The notes under the pieces were generated by a model that searched no databases, had not been told where the DNA came from, and saw only the letters and a program-made list of their open reading frames with translations. Positions 39,141-47,371 of a DNA stretch of 64,000 bases are shown here, piece after piece. The stretch is from assembly GCA_021817245.1 (NCBI GenBank), contig JAKAVQ010000001.1, positions 212,265 to 276,264 of the forward strand, given 5' to 3'. This DNA comes from Thermoplasmata archaeon. Its GTDB lineage: Archaea > Thermoplasmatota > Thermoplasmata > Lutacidiplasmatales > UBA184. The position numbers and the translations under genes are program-made. How positions within the stretch are numbered: the first letter of the stretch is position 1; each line of letters begins with the position of its first letter.

Positions 39141-40328
39141 TTACGGTCGGGGGCGCGACCGGGTTCGAGCCCGCCCCGCCGGGGCGTCCGCGGACCCCTC
39201 CTCGGCCGGAAGGGAGAGGTCGCGGGGCGGGGAGAGATCCGGAGGAACGTACGGGACGTAGAGCGACTGACGGTACGCGCGCTCCTCGGGCAACTCCCTC
39301 GACTCCTCGGGGGGCCCCTCGGGGTCGGCCACCGGATCGGGCCCGAGCGGTTCGTCGACCTCGGCGAGCTCGTCCGTGCTCCCGGAGTCGGGCGGCGGCG
39401 TGGCATCGAGGTCGCTCTCCAGGCCTGAGGCGAGGTCGAGCGGCTCGTCCGTCGCTTCCTCGGTCGAGAGTGGTGGGCCCTCGGCGGCCAGCTTCCGCTC
39501 GTGCGTGAGCCGGCTGACCTCCGCCCAGAGCGCCTCGATCTCCTCCTCGGGGCTTCCGTACCGACGGTCCTCGCTGATCGCGGCGCGGACCTGCGCCATC
39601 AGCCGCGCCGCGCTCTGCGCGTTCTGCGCTCTCCCCTTGATGCGCTGGAGCCGGCGGGCGAGGTTCCGCGCCTCGATCAGGATCTCCTCCTCCTCGCTCG
39701 GGGTCACCGAAGGAAGCGCGGGCGCCCGCGGGATCCGGGCGACCGCCCGGCGAAGCTCGAGAAGCCGCTCCGCCGTCGACGGGATGTTCGCATCCTGCGC
39801 CGCTTGGACGAGAAGAGAGAACTGGCGGGTCGCTTCCGAGACTTCCTCGCCCCGGTTCCGGGCGCGGCGGATCGATTCGCCGAGCTGCTGGCCCTCCTGG
39901 AGGCAGAACTTCGGGATCGCATCGTTGAGGACGGCGAGCGCGAGGGAGGCGCTCGCCGCCGCCTTTTCGAGCGAACCCGCGCTGAGCGGCTCGTCCTTCA
40001 ACCGACGGCGGGGGTGGCCGACCCGGGCATCGAGGTGCGCGACGTCGACGCCGATCGTCTGCGCGATCGCGCGGAGATCGTCGACCCGTCGCAGGAGCTC
40101 GCGGACCCACGTCCAGTCCGGGCCGACCCGAGCGAGGAGCGCTTCGCCCCGCTTCACGACCGCGAGCGCCTGGAGGGGCGCGTCCTCGTCGAGCGCCTGC
40201 TCGAAGGCCGTCCCAATCTGTTCCGTCGGGAACGGCAGACCCTCCGCCTCGAGGAGCCGGCCACGCTCGAGCACCGCGCGCAGCCGGGCGCGTCCCTCCC
40301 CGAGCGCCGGGTCCTCCACGACCGCCAT
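39141..40328 (-). CDS. Alpha-helical repeat hypothetical protein with acidic tail
   Basis: Amphipathic helical units (IGVDVAHL, RGEEVSEA); ATG 3 nt after the upstream stop. Confidence 0.8.
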   Translation of the reverse strand: MAVVEDPALGEGRARLRAVLERGRLLEAEGLPFPTEQIGTAFEQALDEDAPLQALAVVKRGEALLARVGPDWTWVRELLRRVDDLRAIAQTIGVDVAHLDARVGHPRRRLKDEPLSAGSLEKAAASASLALAVLNDAIPKFCLQEGQQLGESIRRARNRGEEVSEATRQFSLLVQAAQDANIPSTAERLLELRRAVARIPRAPALPSVTPSEEEEILIEARNLARRLQRIKGRAQNAQSAARLMAQVRAAISEDRRYGSPEEEIEALWAEVSRLTHERKLAAEGPPLSTEEATDEPLDLASGLESDLDATPPPDSGSTDELAEVDEPLGPDPVADPEGPPEESRELPEERAYRQSLYVPYVPPDLSPPRDLSLPAEEGSADAPAGRARTRSRPRP

Positions 40329-40331
40329 GGC

Positions 40332-41597
40332 CTACGACCCTCCGCTGGCCGCGAGCACCCGCATCAGTTGCGTGAGCGTCTCGTCGGCCTCGCGCAGTCG
40401 GCGCGCGCGCAGCAGGTCGGTGGCCTGGCGGATCTGGACCGCGGCGTCGTGGGCGGTCTCGCTCTCCGGCGGGAGCGTGCGGACTCGGCCGGCGAGGCTG
40501 CGGGCCTTCCGAAGCAGCCGGTCGAGCATCGCGTCGTCGCTCTCCGTCGGGGAACCCGGGGCGGGAGCCGAGGAGGGAGGCGGGGGCAGTCGCTCGAGCT
40601 TTTCGAGCTCGCGGCGGAGCTCGCGAACGCTCTGGATCGCCTCGGAAAGCCTCCCCTTCTTCAAGTGGCGGGAGGCTTCGGCGTGGAGGCGGCGGGCGCT
40701 TGCGCCGACCGCATGCTCTTCGGGAAGCACGTCGAGGACCGAGCCGCTCCGCTGGAGCTCGGCTTCGAGCGATCCCGGGATCGCTTCGTGCAGCAGCATG
40801 AGGGTCTGCGCGGCCTCCTGGGCGAACGTGTCGAGCGCTTCCTCGGTGATCTCCGCGTCGCGGATCCGATCGCGCAACGCTTCGAGCTCTCCGGAGATCT
40901 CGCCGAGCGGGAGGCCGAGCTCCGCGGCGTCGTTGCGCAGCGACTCGATCCGGCCCAGCAGACCCTGAAGGCCCTTCCAGTCGGACTCGAGCTGGGATAG
41001 TCGGCGTTCGGCCTCGACCAGGAGCCCGACCGCCTCGGGCCGACGACCTCCCTCTAGGGCGTCCGCGATGCGTTCGAGCTCGTCGCCGAACGCGAAGCGG
41101 ACGTCCGCGCCGCGCAGCGCGTCGCGGCGCGCCCCGAGCGAGGCGAGCCGCTGCCGTACGACCTGGTCGGTCTCCGCTTCGATCCGGCTCTGGGCCGAGC
41201 GCAGGACCGTGAGCGCCTCCCCGACCTGGCCGTCGGCTTCCATTAGGGCCGCCTGGCAGAGCTCGCTCGTCACGTCGGGGCCCCGTCCGAGCTCGTGGCT
41301 CAGGTCCATGCGGGCGCGCAGGTCCCGGCTGATCGTGCCGTTGAGCTCGCTCTCGGGCGAAGGCGGCGGCCGGATCCGGGCCCGGGGGCCGGGGGTCGGG
41401 ACGCCGGGCACGGTCGGGGGGCCGGTTCCGCCGTCCGGCCCGGCCGGCCCGGAGGGGGTCGCCTCGACCGCGTGCAGCCCCTCGATCGCGAGCGCCGTCG
41501 GAAAGCCGCAGACCGAACAATGGGCCGCGGTGGAGACGATCGGTTGCTCACAGATCGGGCAGCTGGCTGGCACAGACCGTCGTCCTACGCCGGACAC
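40332..41597 (-). CDS. Zn-ribbon + alpha-helical repeat hypothetical protein
   Basis: CPIC...HCSVCG at the N-terminus, then helical repeats. Confidence 0.8.
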   Translation of the reverse strand: MSGVGRRSVPASCPICEQPIVSTAAHCSVCGFPTALAIEGLHAVEATPSGPAGPDGGTGPPTVPGVPTPGPRARIRPPPSPESELNGTISRDLRARMDLSHELGRGPDVTSELCQAALMEADGQVGEALTVLRSAQSRIEAETDQVVRQRLASLGARRDALRGADVRFAFGDELERIADALEGGRRPEAVGLLVEAERRLSQLESDWKGLQGLLGRIESLRNDAAELGLPLGEISGELEALRDRIRDAEITEEALDTFAQEAAQTLMLLHEAIPGSLEAELQRSGSVLDVLPEEHAVGASARRLHAEASRHLKKGRLSEAIQSVRELRRELEKLERLPPPPSSAPAPGSPTESDDAMLDRLLRKARSLAGRVRTLPPESETAHDAAVQIRQATDLLRARRLREADETLTQLMRVLAASGGS

Positions 41598-41687
41598 GAC
41601 GATGTCCCAAGTTTATTCCCCTTTGCGTCGAGCGCGCGGCCGAAGGGAATCGGGCGGAACGGCCGGAATCGGGCACCGGCCGGGGGT

Positions 41688-41882
41688 TCAACCGCCGGAG
41701 AAGGTGGAGACGACCGTCAGCCGCATCGTTCGGTCGACCGGCGTGTCGAGCGGCACGGGGGTCTCCCCGTCGAGGACCGCGCAGCCCTCGGGGGCAGCGC
41801 CGATCCGGCGGAGCACCGAGCGCACGGTCGTCCCGCTCCGGACCGTGAGCGAGCGGAGCTCGACCGAACCGGCCCGGGTCAT
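41688..41882 (-). CDS. MoaD/ThiS/SAMP ubiquitin-like protein
   Basis: Beta-grasp pattern ending VVSTFSGG-stop; ATG 41882 is the first start codon outside the tRNA. Confidence 0.8.
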   Translation of the reverse strand: MTRAGSVELRSLTVRSGTTVRSVLRRIGAAPEGCAVLDGETPVPLDTPVDRTMRLTVVSTFSGG

Positions 41883-41914
41883 CGCGAGGACGACCCCGAG
41901 CTCGGGGGCGGAGG

Positions 41915-42034
41915 CGCTGAGGGGGAGACTCTCCGTCGCGGGGGGGCGACCCGCCGCGTCCTTTGAACTCCCGCGATGCATACGCATCACCAGATCTCGA
42001 ATCTGGCGCCTTGGCCGAGCTAGGCTACCTCAGC
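41915..42034 (-). tRNA. tRNA-Ser(CGA) with 33-nt T-loop intron (intron 41929..41961)
   Basis: Acceptor GCTGAGG/CCTCAGC, G73, D stem GCC/GGC, anticodon stem CCAGA/TCTGG with loop TT-CGA-GA, long variable arm GATGC/GCATC, T stem GGGAG/CTCCC; removing the intron restores TTCAAAT and an 87-nt tRNA. Confidence 0.9.
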
Positions 42035-42126
42035 ACCCTGCCGGGGGGAAGGCCTCCCGTTCTTAGGTTTTGTCGGGGCGAGGAAGTCCGGTCGGCTCCT
42101 GGGGGATCCCGCGGAGCCGCAGGGGC

Positions 42127-43173
42127 TCATCGGGCGACGTTCGCCGGGTTTCCGATCGCCGCCTTCAGGCGTAGGATCGCCTCGACCGGCAGGGGATCGA
42201 CCTTCCGACGGTCGGCGAGGAAGAGGCTCACGTGGTCCCCGAGCGCGACGCCGGCGAGCAGCGCCTCGAGACGGTCCTCGGCCTCGAGCGGGACACGGAG
42301 GACCCGAGCCCCCCGGGCGCCCAGCAACCGCTCGAGGTAGCGGAAGCTCTTGCGGACCGGCGGGGACTCCTCGGACCACTCGAGCAGCGCCACCGCGTAC
42401 CGTCCCGCCTCCGCGCGGGGAGTGGCATCCCAGCCGACCAGGGCGTTGTGCAAGAGCTCGGGGACCTCGTCGAAGACGGCGAGACGCTTCGCGTTCTCCT
42501 CGATCTGGGTCTTCCACCGGCGGGCGAGCGCGAGGAACGGGTTCTCGGCGTAGATGAACGGAAGACGGGGACCGATCCGTTCCGCGAGGCCGGCCGCAGG
42601 CCCCCGCGGCCGGGCGTACGTCACGATCAGCGCCCGGGTCCGCTCGGCGACCCGCGCGATGCGAGCCTCGTTCGACTCCGGGAACGCCGGGTCGAGGAGC
42701 CCGAGGAGACCTCCCAGGAGATGACCGACGGCCGACCGCGGCGGGAGTCCCGGCGGGACCGCGAGTACCGGGACGCCGTCCGCCCGGGCCTTTTCGGTCA
42801 GCAGACCACCCGAGGAGATGACCGTCCGGCGCGCCCCCGCGCGGGCGGCCGCCGAATAGGCCCGGAGGGTCTCCCAGGTGTTGCCCGAATAGCTCACCAG
42901 CACGACGTGGCTCGTCGGCCCCACCGACCGGGGAAGGTCCGGCGCGCGCGCGATCGACAGCGCGACGGAACTCTCGGACTCGACCACGCCGCGCGCTAGG
43001 TCCGCGGCGATCCCGGAGCCGCCCATGCCGACCCCGACGACCATCGTCGCTCCGCTCTTCACCGGGGGGGCGAGCTCACGGCCGGCCCGGAAACCCTCTT
43101 CGAGCGAGCGCGGCAGGTTCGCCGCGAGCGCTCGCATCCGATCCCGCCCCTCTTCCCTGGCCGTGCGCGGCAT
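42127..43173 (-). CDS. Bifunctional phosphoglucose/phosphomannose isomerase (SIS domains)
   Basis: GMGGSG, SYSGNTWET, PPRSA, RWKTQIEENAK, PELLHN. Confidence 0.9.
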   Translation of the reverse strand: MPRTAREEGRDRMRALAANLPRSLEEGFRAGRELAPPVKSGATMVVGVGMGGSGIAADLARGVVESESSVALSIARAPDLPRSVGPTSHVVLVSYSGNTWETLRAYSAAARAGARRTVISSGGLLTEKARADGVPVLAVPPGLPPRSAVGHLLGGLLGLLDPAFPESNEARIARVAERTRALIVTYARPRGPAAGLAERIGPRLPFIYAENPFLALARRWKTQIEENAKRLAVFDEVPELLHNALVGWDATPRAEAGRYAVALLEWSEESPPVRKSFRYLERLLGARGARVLRVPLEAEDRLEALLAGVALGDHVSLFLADRRKVDPLPVEAILRLKAAIGNPANVAR

Positions 43174-43304
43174 GCCCGGAACCGGGGCCAGAGAAGAGAT
43201 ATTCCTTGCGGGGCCCCGCGAGTGCCGGGGAAACTACAAGAGGCCAGTCCTTCCATGCTGAGCCCACCGGATGCTCGCCAACCCGTTCGGCGATTGAGGG
43301 ACCC

Positions 43305-46040
43305 TTGCCCGAGGAGCGCGCGCACGAGCCGCCGCGCACGGGCCGAGTGTCGACCGGGAACACGGGCGTCGATACGATGCTCGAGGGGGGCCTCGTCCCT
43401 CGGCGACCGTACCTCATCGTCGGACCGTCGGGGACCGGAAAGACCACCCTCGCGCTCCAGTTCCTCATCGACGGTGCCCGCCGCGGAGAGCGGACGCTCT
43501 TCGTGACGACGGAGGAGCCCCCGAACGAGGTCCGCCTGAATCATCGCGCGCTGGGTTCCTCGCTCGACGATGTGGAGGTGTTCGACGCGATCCCGGACAT
43601 CATGCGCTACGAGCGCACCCCGTTCAAGGACATCGCGTCGGTGCGGGCGGTGACCCCGTTCCGGGAGGTGCCGCTCGAGATCCGACGCTCCCCCGAGCTC
43701 TCCGCGGTCGAGGTGACGATGACCGGGCTCGAGCAGATGATGCGCAGCGAGGTGCCCCGGCGCGGGTACTCCCGCATCGCGATCGACTCGCTGACCGCCC
43801 TTCAGTACTTCTGCATGAAGGGGTTCGACCCGGTGGCCGGAGCCCAGGCGTTCCTCCGCTTCCTCTCGGACCTCCGCGTCACGACGATCCTCACGGTCGA
43901 GTCCCCGCTCGAGGACGTCGAGACCCCCGAGCGGATGCTCGCGCGCGGCGAGATCCGGCTGTTCCGCTGGGAGCTCGACGGACGCACGGTCCGTGCGATC
44001 GGGGTCGAGAAGTTCCGCGGGAGCAGCCACGATGTCCGGCTTCACCCGTACCGGATCGGATCGCGCGGCCTCGACGTGAACCTGGACGTGACGATCTCCC
44101 GGGACACCCGGCAGATCTTGGAGACCCCGCTCCCTCCGCCGGAGGCCGTCTCCTCGCCCGTTCCCCCGATCCCCGAGGGCACCTCCTCCCCGGTCGACCC
44201 CTTGGGCGACGGGGTCCGAGACCTCGTGCTCGCCGGGGCCGAAGTGGGGCCGGTACGGACCGAGATCGAAGCGGCGCTCGGCGCGGCGGTGGCCGGGGAG
44301 ACCGACCGGCTCCAGGGCCACATCTCGCGCGCCGCCGCGCTCGTCGTCGCGGCGGGAGAGGGGCTGCACGACCGGCTGAAGGACACGGTGCCGAACGACG
44401 CGGTGGTCGCGGGGGCCTATCAGCGGATCCGACAGCGCAACGAAGCCGCGCGGGCCGGTCTGCCTCCCACGACGCTCCCGCCCCCGAAGCTTGTGGGGGC
44501 CCAGCTCGAGTGGGTGCTCTCCCTGTTGCCGCGGACCGCGCCAGGGGGGTCTGGGGGAACGCCGACGGTGGTCCCGCCGGCGACCATGGAGGCTCCGGCG
44601 AACGCCCCTGGGGCTCCGGAGACCCCGGCAGGGGAGCCTTTTGGGCTGGCGCTCGCCGACCGCCCGTCGCGCCTCACGCCCGATCGCCCCGTGGTCTCCG
44701 TTCCGGCCGTCCTCGGGCTCCCGCCCTCCGAGCCCGAGTCACTTCCGCCCATCTCCGTGAGCGGAGGCGAACCGTTGAAGGAGCTGACGACGGACGCGCT
44801 GACCGCCTCCCGCCGCACCGACCTCGGCACCCAAAGCGGAATGGCCGGGGAGGGTGCCCGCGATCCTGAGGTGCTCGCGTCGACGAGCCGTGCTTCTGTC
44901 GCTTCCGATCCGAGGTCCGACCGCCCGATCGAGCTCCGGCCCCTCACCCTGGAAGCGGAGTCCGCCAGTCCACGGGCGCCCCCGCCGCGCCCGGAAATGG
45001 CCGAAACCGGTCGGGTCGGAGAGCCGACCTCGACCCTCCCAGCTCCTCCCATGGCGCCCCCCTCCACGTCGGACGAAGCGGCGCCCACGCCGTCGATTGC
45101 GCACGGCCGATCGGAGCCGACCGGCATCCTCGCCGGCCCGATGGAGGCAACCGCGTCTCCGGCGGTTCCCGCGGCCGGCCCTCCGTCGCTCCCGGTGGGC
45201 GAGATCGCTGAACGGGCTCCGCGCGCTCCTGAGGAGACCCTTCTCCCCCCCGAGGACCGGTCGGCGCCGCCGACCGGCCGGCTGCCGTCTCCGCCCACGG
45301 CCATGGCGCGTCGGCCACCCCTCCCGACCGTCGCGAGCATGGCCCCGCGGCCGAGTCCCCGGCGCACGCCGTCGCGGGCCAGTACCGCCCCGGCGGCGGC
45401 CATCGCCACCGCCCGGGCGGCGGTACCTTTCGCTACCGCCGGCGCCGAGGCTGGACCTCCGGCCGGGTCTCCTACAGTCGCCCCGGTTCCGCCGGTCGCC
45501 GCCCCCCCCGCGGTGGACGCCGGCCCCGTCTCCCCCTCCTCGCCAGTCTCGGCCCCGGCGGGGGGATCCGTCTTCCCGGCCCCCAGCCCTCTGGCTCCGC
45601 CCGAAGCACCAGGGTCGCCCGCCACCGCTGCAGTCCCCCGTCGCCGACGCCGCACCTCCACGCCCAGGAAGAAGGCGGCAGCGCCGGCCCCCGCGGAGTC
45701 GGTTCCGACCGAGACTCCCTTGGTGACCTCGACGAGCGCGGAAGGCGGAGCCGTCGAGGGGACCATCGCCCCGGCAGTCCCTCTGGTGGAGGGTGCGGTG
45801 GCGGCCGGGTCGACGAAGCCGAAGCGCCGGCCGGCCCGTAAGCGCAAGGCGCCCCGAGTACTCGCCGCCAAACCCGGGCCGCTCCCACCCGAGTCGTCGG
45901 ATCCGTCCGGCGGGGACCCGCCACCGGTCGCGGCCCGGGATCCGCCCACCGATCCGATCCCCCGGTCATCCTCCGAGGCCCCGCCGAGCCCACCGTCGGA
46001 ACCGCCGCCGGAGCCCCCACCCCCGTCGGAGCCGTCGTGA
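43305..46040 (+). CDS. KaiC/RAD55-like RecA-superfamily ATPase with very long Pro/Ala-rich C-terminal extension
   Basis: STGNTGVDTMLEGGL, GPSGTGKT, TTEEP, IAIDSL, EKFRGSSH; probable TTG start at 43305. Confidence 0.85.
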   Translation: MPEERAHEPPRTGRVSTGNTGVDTMLEGGLVPRRPYLIVGPSGTGKTTLALQFLIDGARRGERTLFVTTEEPPNEVRLNHRALGSSLDDVEVFDAIPDIMRYERTPFKDIASVRAVTPFREVPLEIRRSPELSAVEVTMTGLEQMMRSEVPRRGYSRIAIDSLTALQYFCMKGFDPVAGAQAFLRFLSDLRVTTILTVESPLEDVETPERMLARGEIRLFRWELDGRTVRAIGVEKFRGSSHDVRLHPYRIGSRGLDVNLDVTISRDTRQILETPLPPPEAVSSPVPPIPEGTSSPVDPLGDGVRDLVLAGAEVGPVRTEIEAALGAAVAGETDRLQGHISRAAALVVAAGEGLHDRLKDTVPNDAVVAGAYQRIRQRNEAARAGLPPTTLPPPKLVGAQLEWVLSLLPRTAPGGSGGTPTVVPPATMEAPANAPGAPETPAGEPFGLALADRPSRLTPDRPVVSVPAVLGLPPSEPESLPPISVSGGEPLKELTTDALTASRRTDLGTQSGMAGEGARDPEVLASTSRASVASDPRSDRPIELRPLTLEAESASPRAPPPRPEMAETGRVGEPTSTLPAPPMAPPSTSDEAAPTPSIAHGRSEPTGILAGPMEATASPAVPAAGPPSLPVGEIAERAPRAPEETLLPPEDRSAPPTGRLPSPPTAMARRPPLPTVASMAPRPSPRRTPSRASTAPAAAIATARAAVPFATAGAEAGPPAGSPTVAPVPPVAAPPAVDAGPVSPSSPVSAPAGGSVFPAPSPLAPPEAPGSPATAAVPRRRRRTSTPRKKAAAPAPAESVPTETPLVTSTSAEGGAVEGTIAPAVPLVEGAVAAGSTKPKRRPARKRKAPRVLAAKPGPLPPESSDPSGGDPPPVAARDPPTDPIPRSSSEAPPSPPSEPPPEPPPPSEPS

Positions 46041-46816
46041 GCGCTCCCGAGCTCCGACCGGAACACCGGGTCGCCACCGGCATCCCCGGGCTCGACCGGA
46101 TGCTGGGCGGAGGGCTTGTCAGCGGCCGACCGTACCTCGTTACCGGCGGCTCGGGGAGTGGAAAGACGCTCCTGGGGCTCATGTTCCTGCTCGAGGGGCT
46201 GCGTCGGGGCGAGCAGGTGCTCCTGGTCGCGGTCGACGAGCCGCCGGCCGAGATCATGGAGAACGTCGGGGCGTTCGGTTGGGACCTCTCCCAGGTCTCG
46301 ACCCTCGACGCGAACCCGGGCACGCGGGCGATCAAGCGGAACCTCGCCGTGCAGGAGATCCGCACCATGACCGACCTTCGCTCCCTGCGCGAACTATCCC
46401 AGGAGACGAAGCGGACGAGCGACGCCGAAGACGTGTCCGTACAGTCGATCCAGCTCAAGCTGCGGCAGCAGATGGCGGACCGCCCTTTCCGCCGGGTCCT
46501 CGTCGACTCGATCACGTCGGTCCGGCGTTTCACGGTCAAGGCCTCGGTCGACCCGCAGGCGGAGCGGACGGAGATCCAGTCGCTCCTGCGCTTCCTCTCG
46601 GAGTCCGGGGTCACGACGCTGATCACGGCGAATCCGAGCGACCCCGGGGTGCTCACGCCCGAGGAGGTCCTGACCCGGGGGGAGATCCTGCTGAGCCGCA
46701 AGTGGATCGATGACCGATCGGTCCGACAGGTCAAGATCGTCCGGATGCGCGGCTGCGCGCACGACCCCGAGCGTCGTCCGTTCGTCATCACGAACCAGGG
46801 GATCGTGGTCGGCTAG
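46037..46816 (+). CDS. KaiC/RAD55-like ATPase (single domain)
   Basis: ATGIPGLDRMLGGGL, GGSGSGKT, VLVDSI, RMRGCAH; GTGA overlap. Confidence 0.9.
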   Translation: MSAPELRPEHRVATGIPGLDRMLGGGLVSGRPYLVTGGSGSGKTLLGLMFLLEGLRRGEQVLLVAVDEPPAEIMENVGAFGWDLSQVSTLDANPGTRAIKRNLAVQEIRTMTDLRSLRELSQETKRTSDAEDVSVQSIQLKLRQQMADRPFRRVLVDSITSVRRFTVKASVDPQAERTEIQSLLRFLSESGVTTLITANPSDPGVLTPEEVLTRGEILLSRKWIDDRSVRQVKIVRMRGCAHDPERRPFVITNQGIVVG

Positions 46817-46870
46817 TCGGGTCCCCCGCCCGCGACGGATAAAGGGGGGCGCTCCTATCGCCGCTCCGCC

Positions 46871-47371
46871 GTGGCGTTCTGGATCCTGAAGGAGGAGCCG
46901 ACGGTCTACTCCTACCACCACCTCGAGCGCGACGGCGCGACGCGCTGGACCGGCGTCCACAACGCCCTCGCCCTGCGCCACCTCCGGGCGATGCGTCCGA
47001 AGGACCGCGCGCTGTACTACCACACCGGGGCGGAGCGGTCGTGCGTCGGGATCGTCGAGGTCGCTTCGGAGCCTCAACCCGACCCATACGACGACCGCGG
47101 ATCCTACCGCGTGGACGTTCGTCCCGTCCGGGCTCTCCGCCGACCGATCCCGCTCTCCGAAGTGAGGCTCGACCCCGCGCTCGCCGGGATCGCGCTCGTA
47201 CGGCTCCCCCGGCTGTCGGTGCTTCCGCTCTCCGAGGACCAGTGGGTCCGTCTCCTCGCCCACGAAGACGCGACGCCGCGACCCGGGCCGGTCCTCACAC
47301 CAGGAGCGAAGGGTCGCGGGACAACGAGCGTCCCACGGCCCCGGCCCACCGGGGCGCGGCGTAGACGCTGA
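46871..47371 (+). CDS. EVE domain protein
   Basis: FWILKEEP, WTGVHN, YYHTG, RLPRLSV. Confidence 0.9.
   Translation: MAFWILKEEPTVYSYHHLERDGATRWTGVHNALALRHLRAMRPKDRALYYHTGAERSCVGIVEVASEPQPDPYDDRGSYRVDVRPVRALRRPIPLSEVRLDPALAGIALVRLPRLSVLPLSEDQWVRLLAHEDATPRPGPVLTPGAKGRGTTSVPRPRPTGARRRR

Noticed and set aside
41915-41961. tRNA 3' end as an integration (att) site with a duplicated fragment
   Set aside because: The interruption is only 33 nt, forms BHB geometry, and no integrase or second copy of the tRNA end was seen.
42070-42126. GAGGAAGTCC resembling the RNase P RNA 5' motif
   Set aside because: Imperfect match, under 100 nt of intergenic space and no 3' conserved partner motif.
44420-46066. 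548-aa Gly/Ala-rich - strand ORF
   Set aside because: Mirror of the Pro-rich KaiC tail; no promoter or RBS support.
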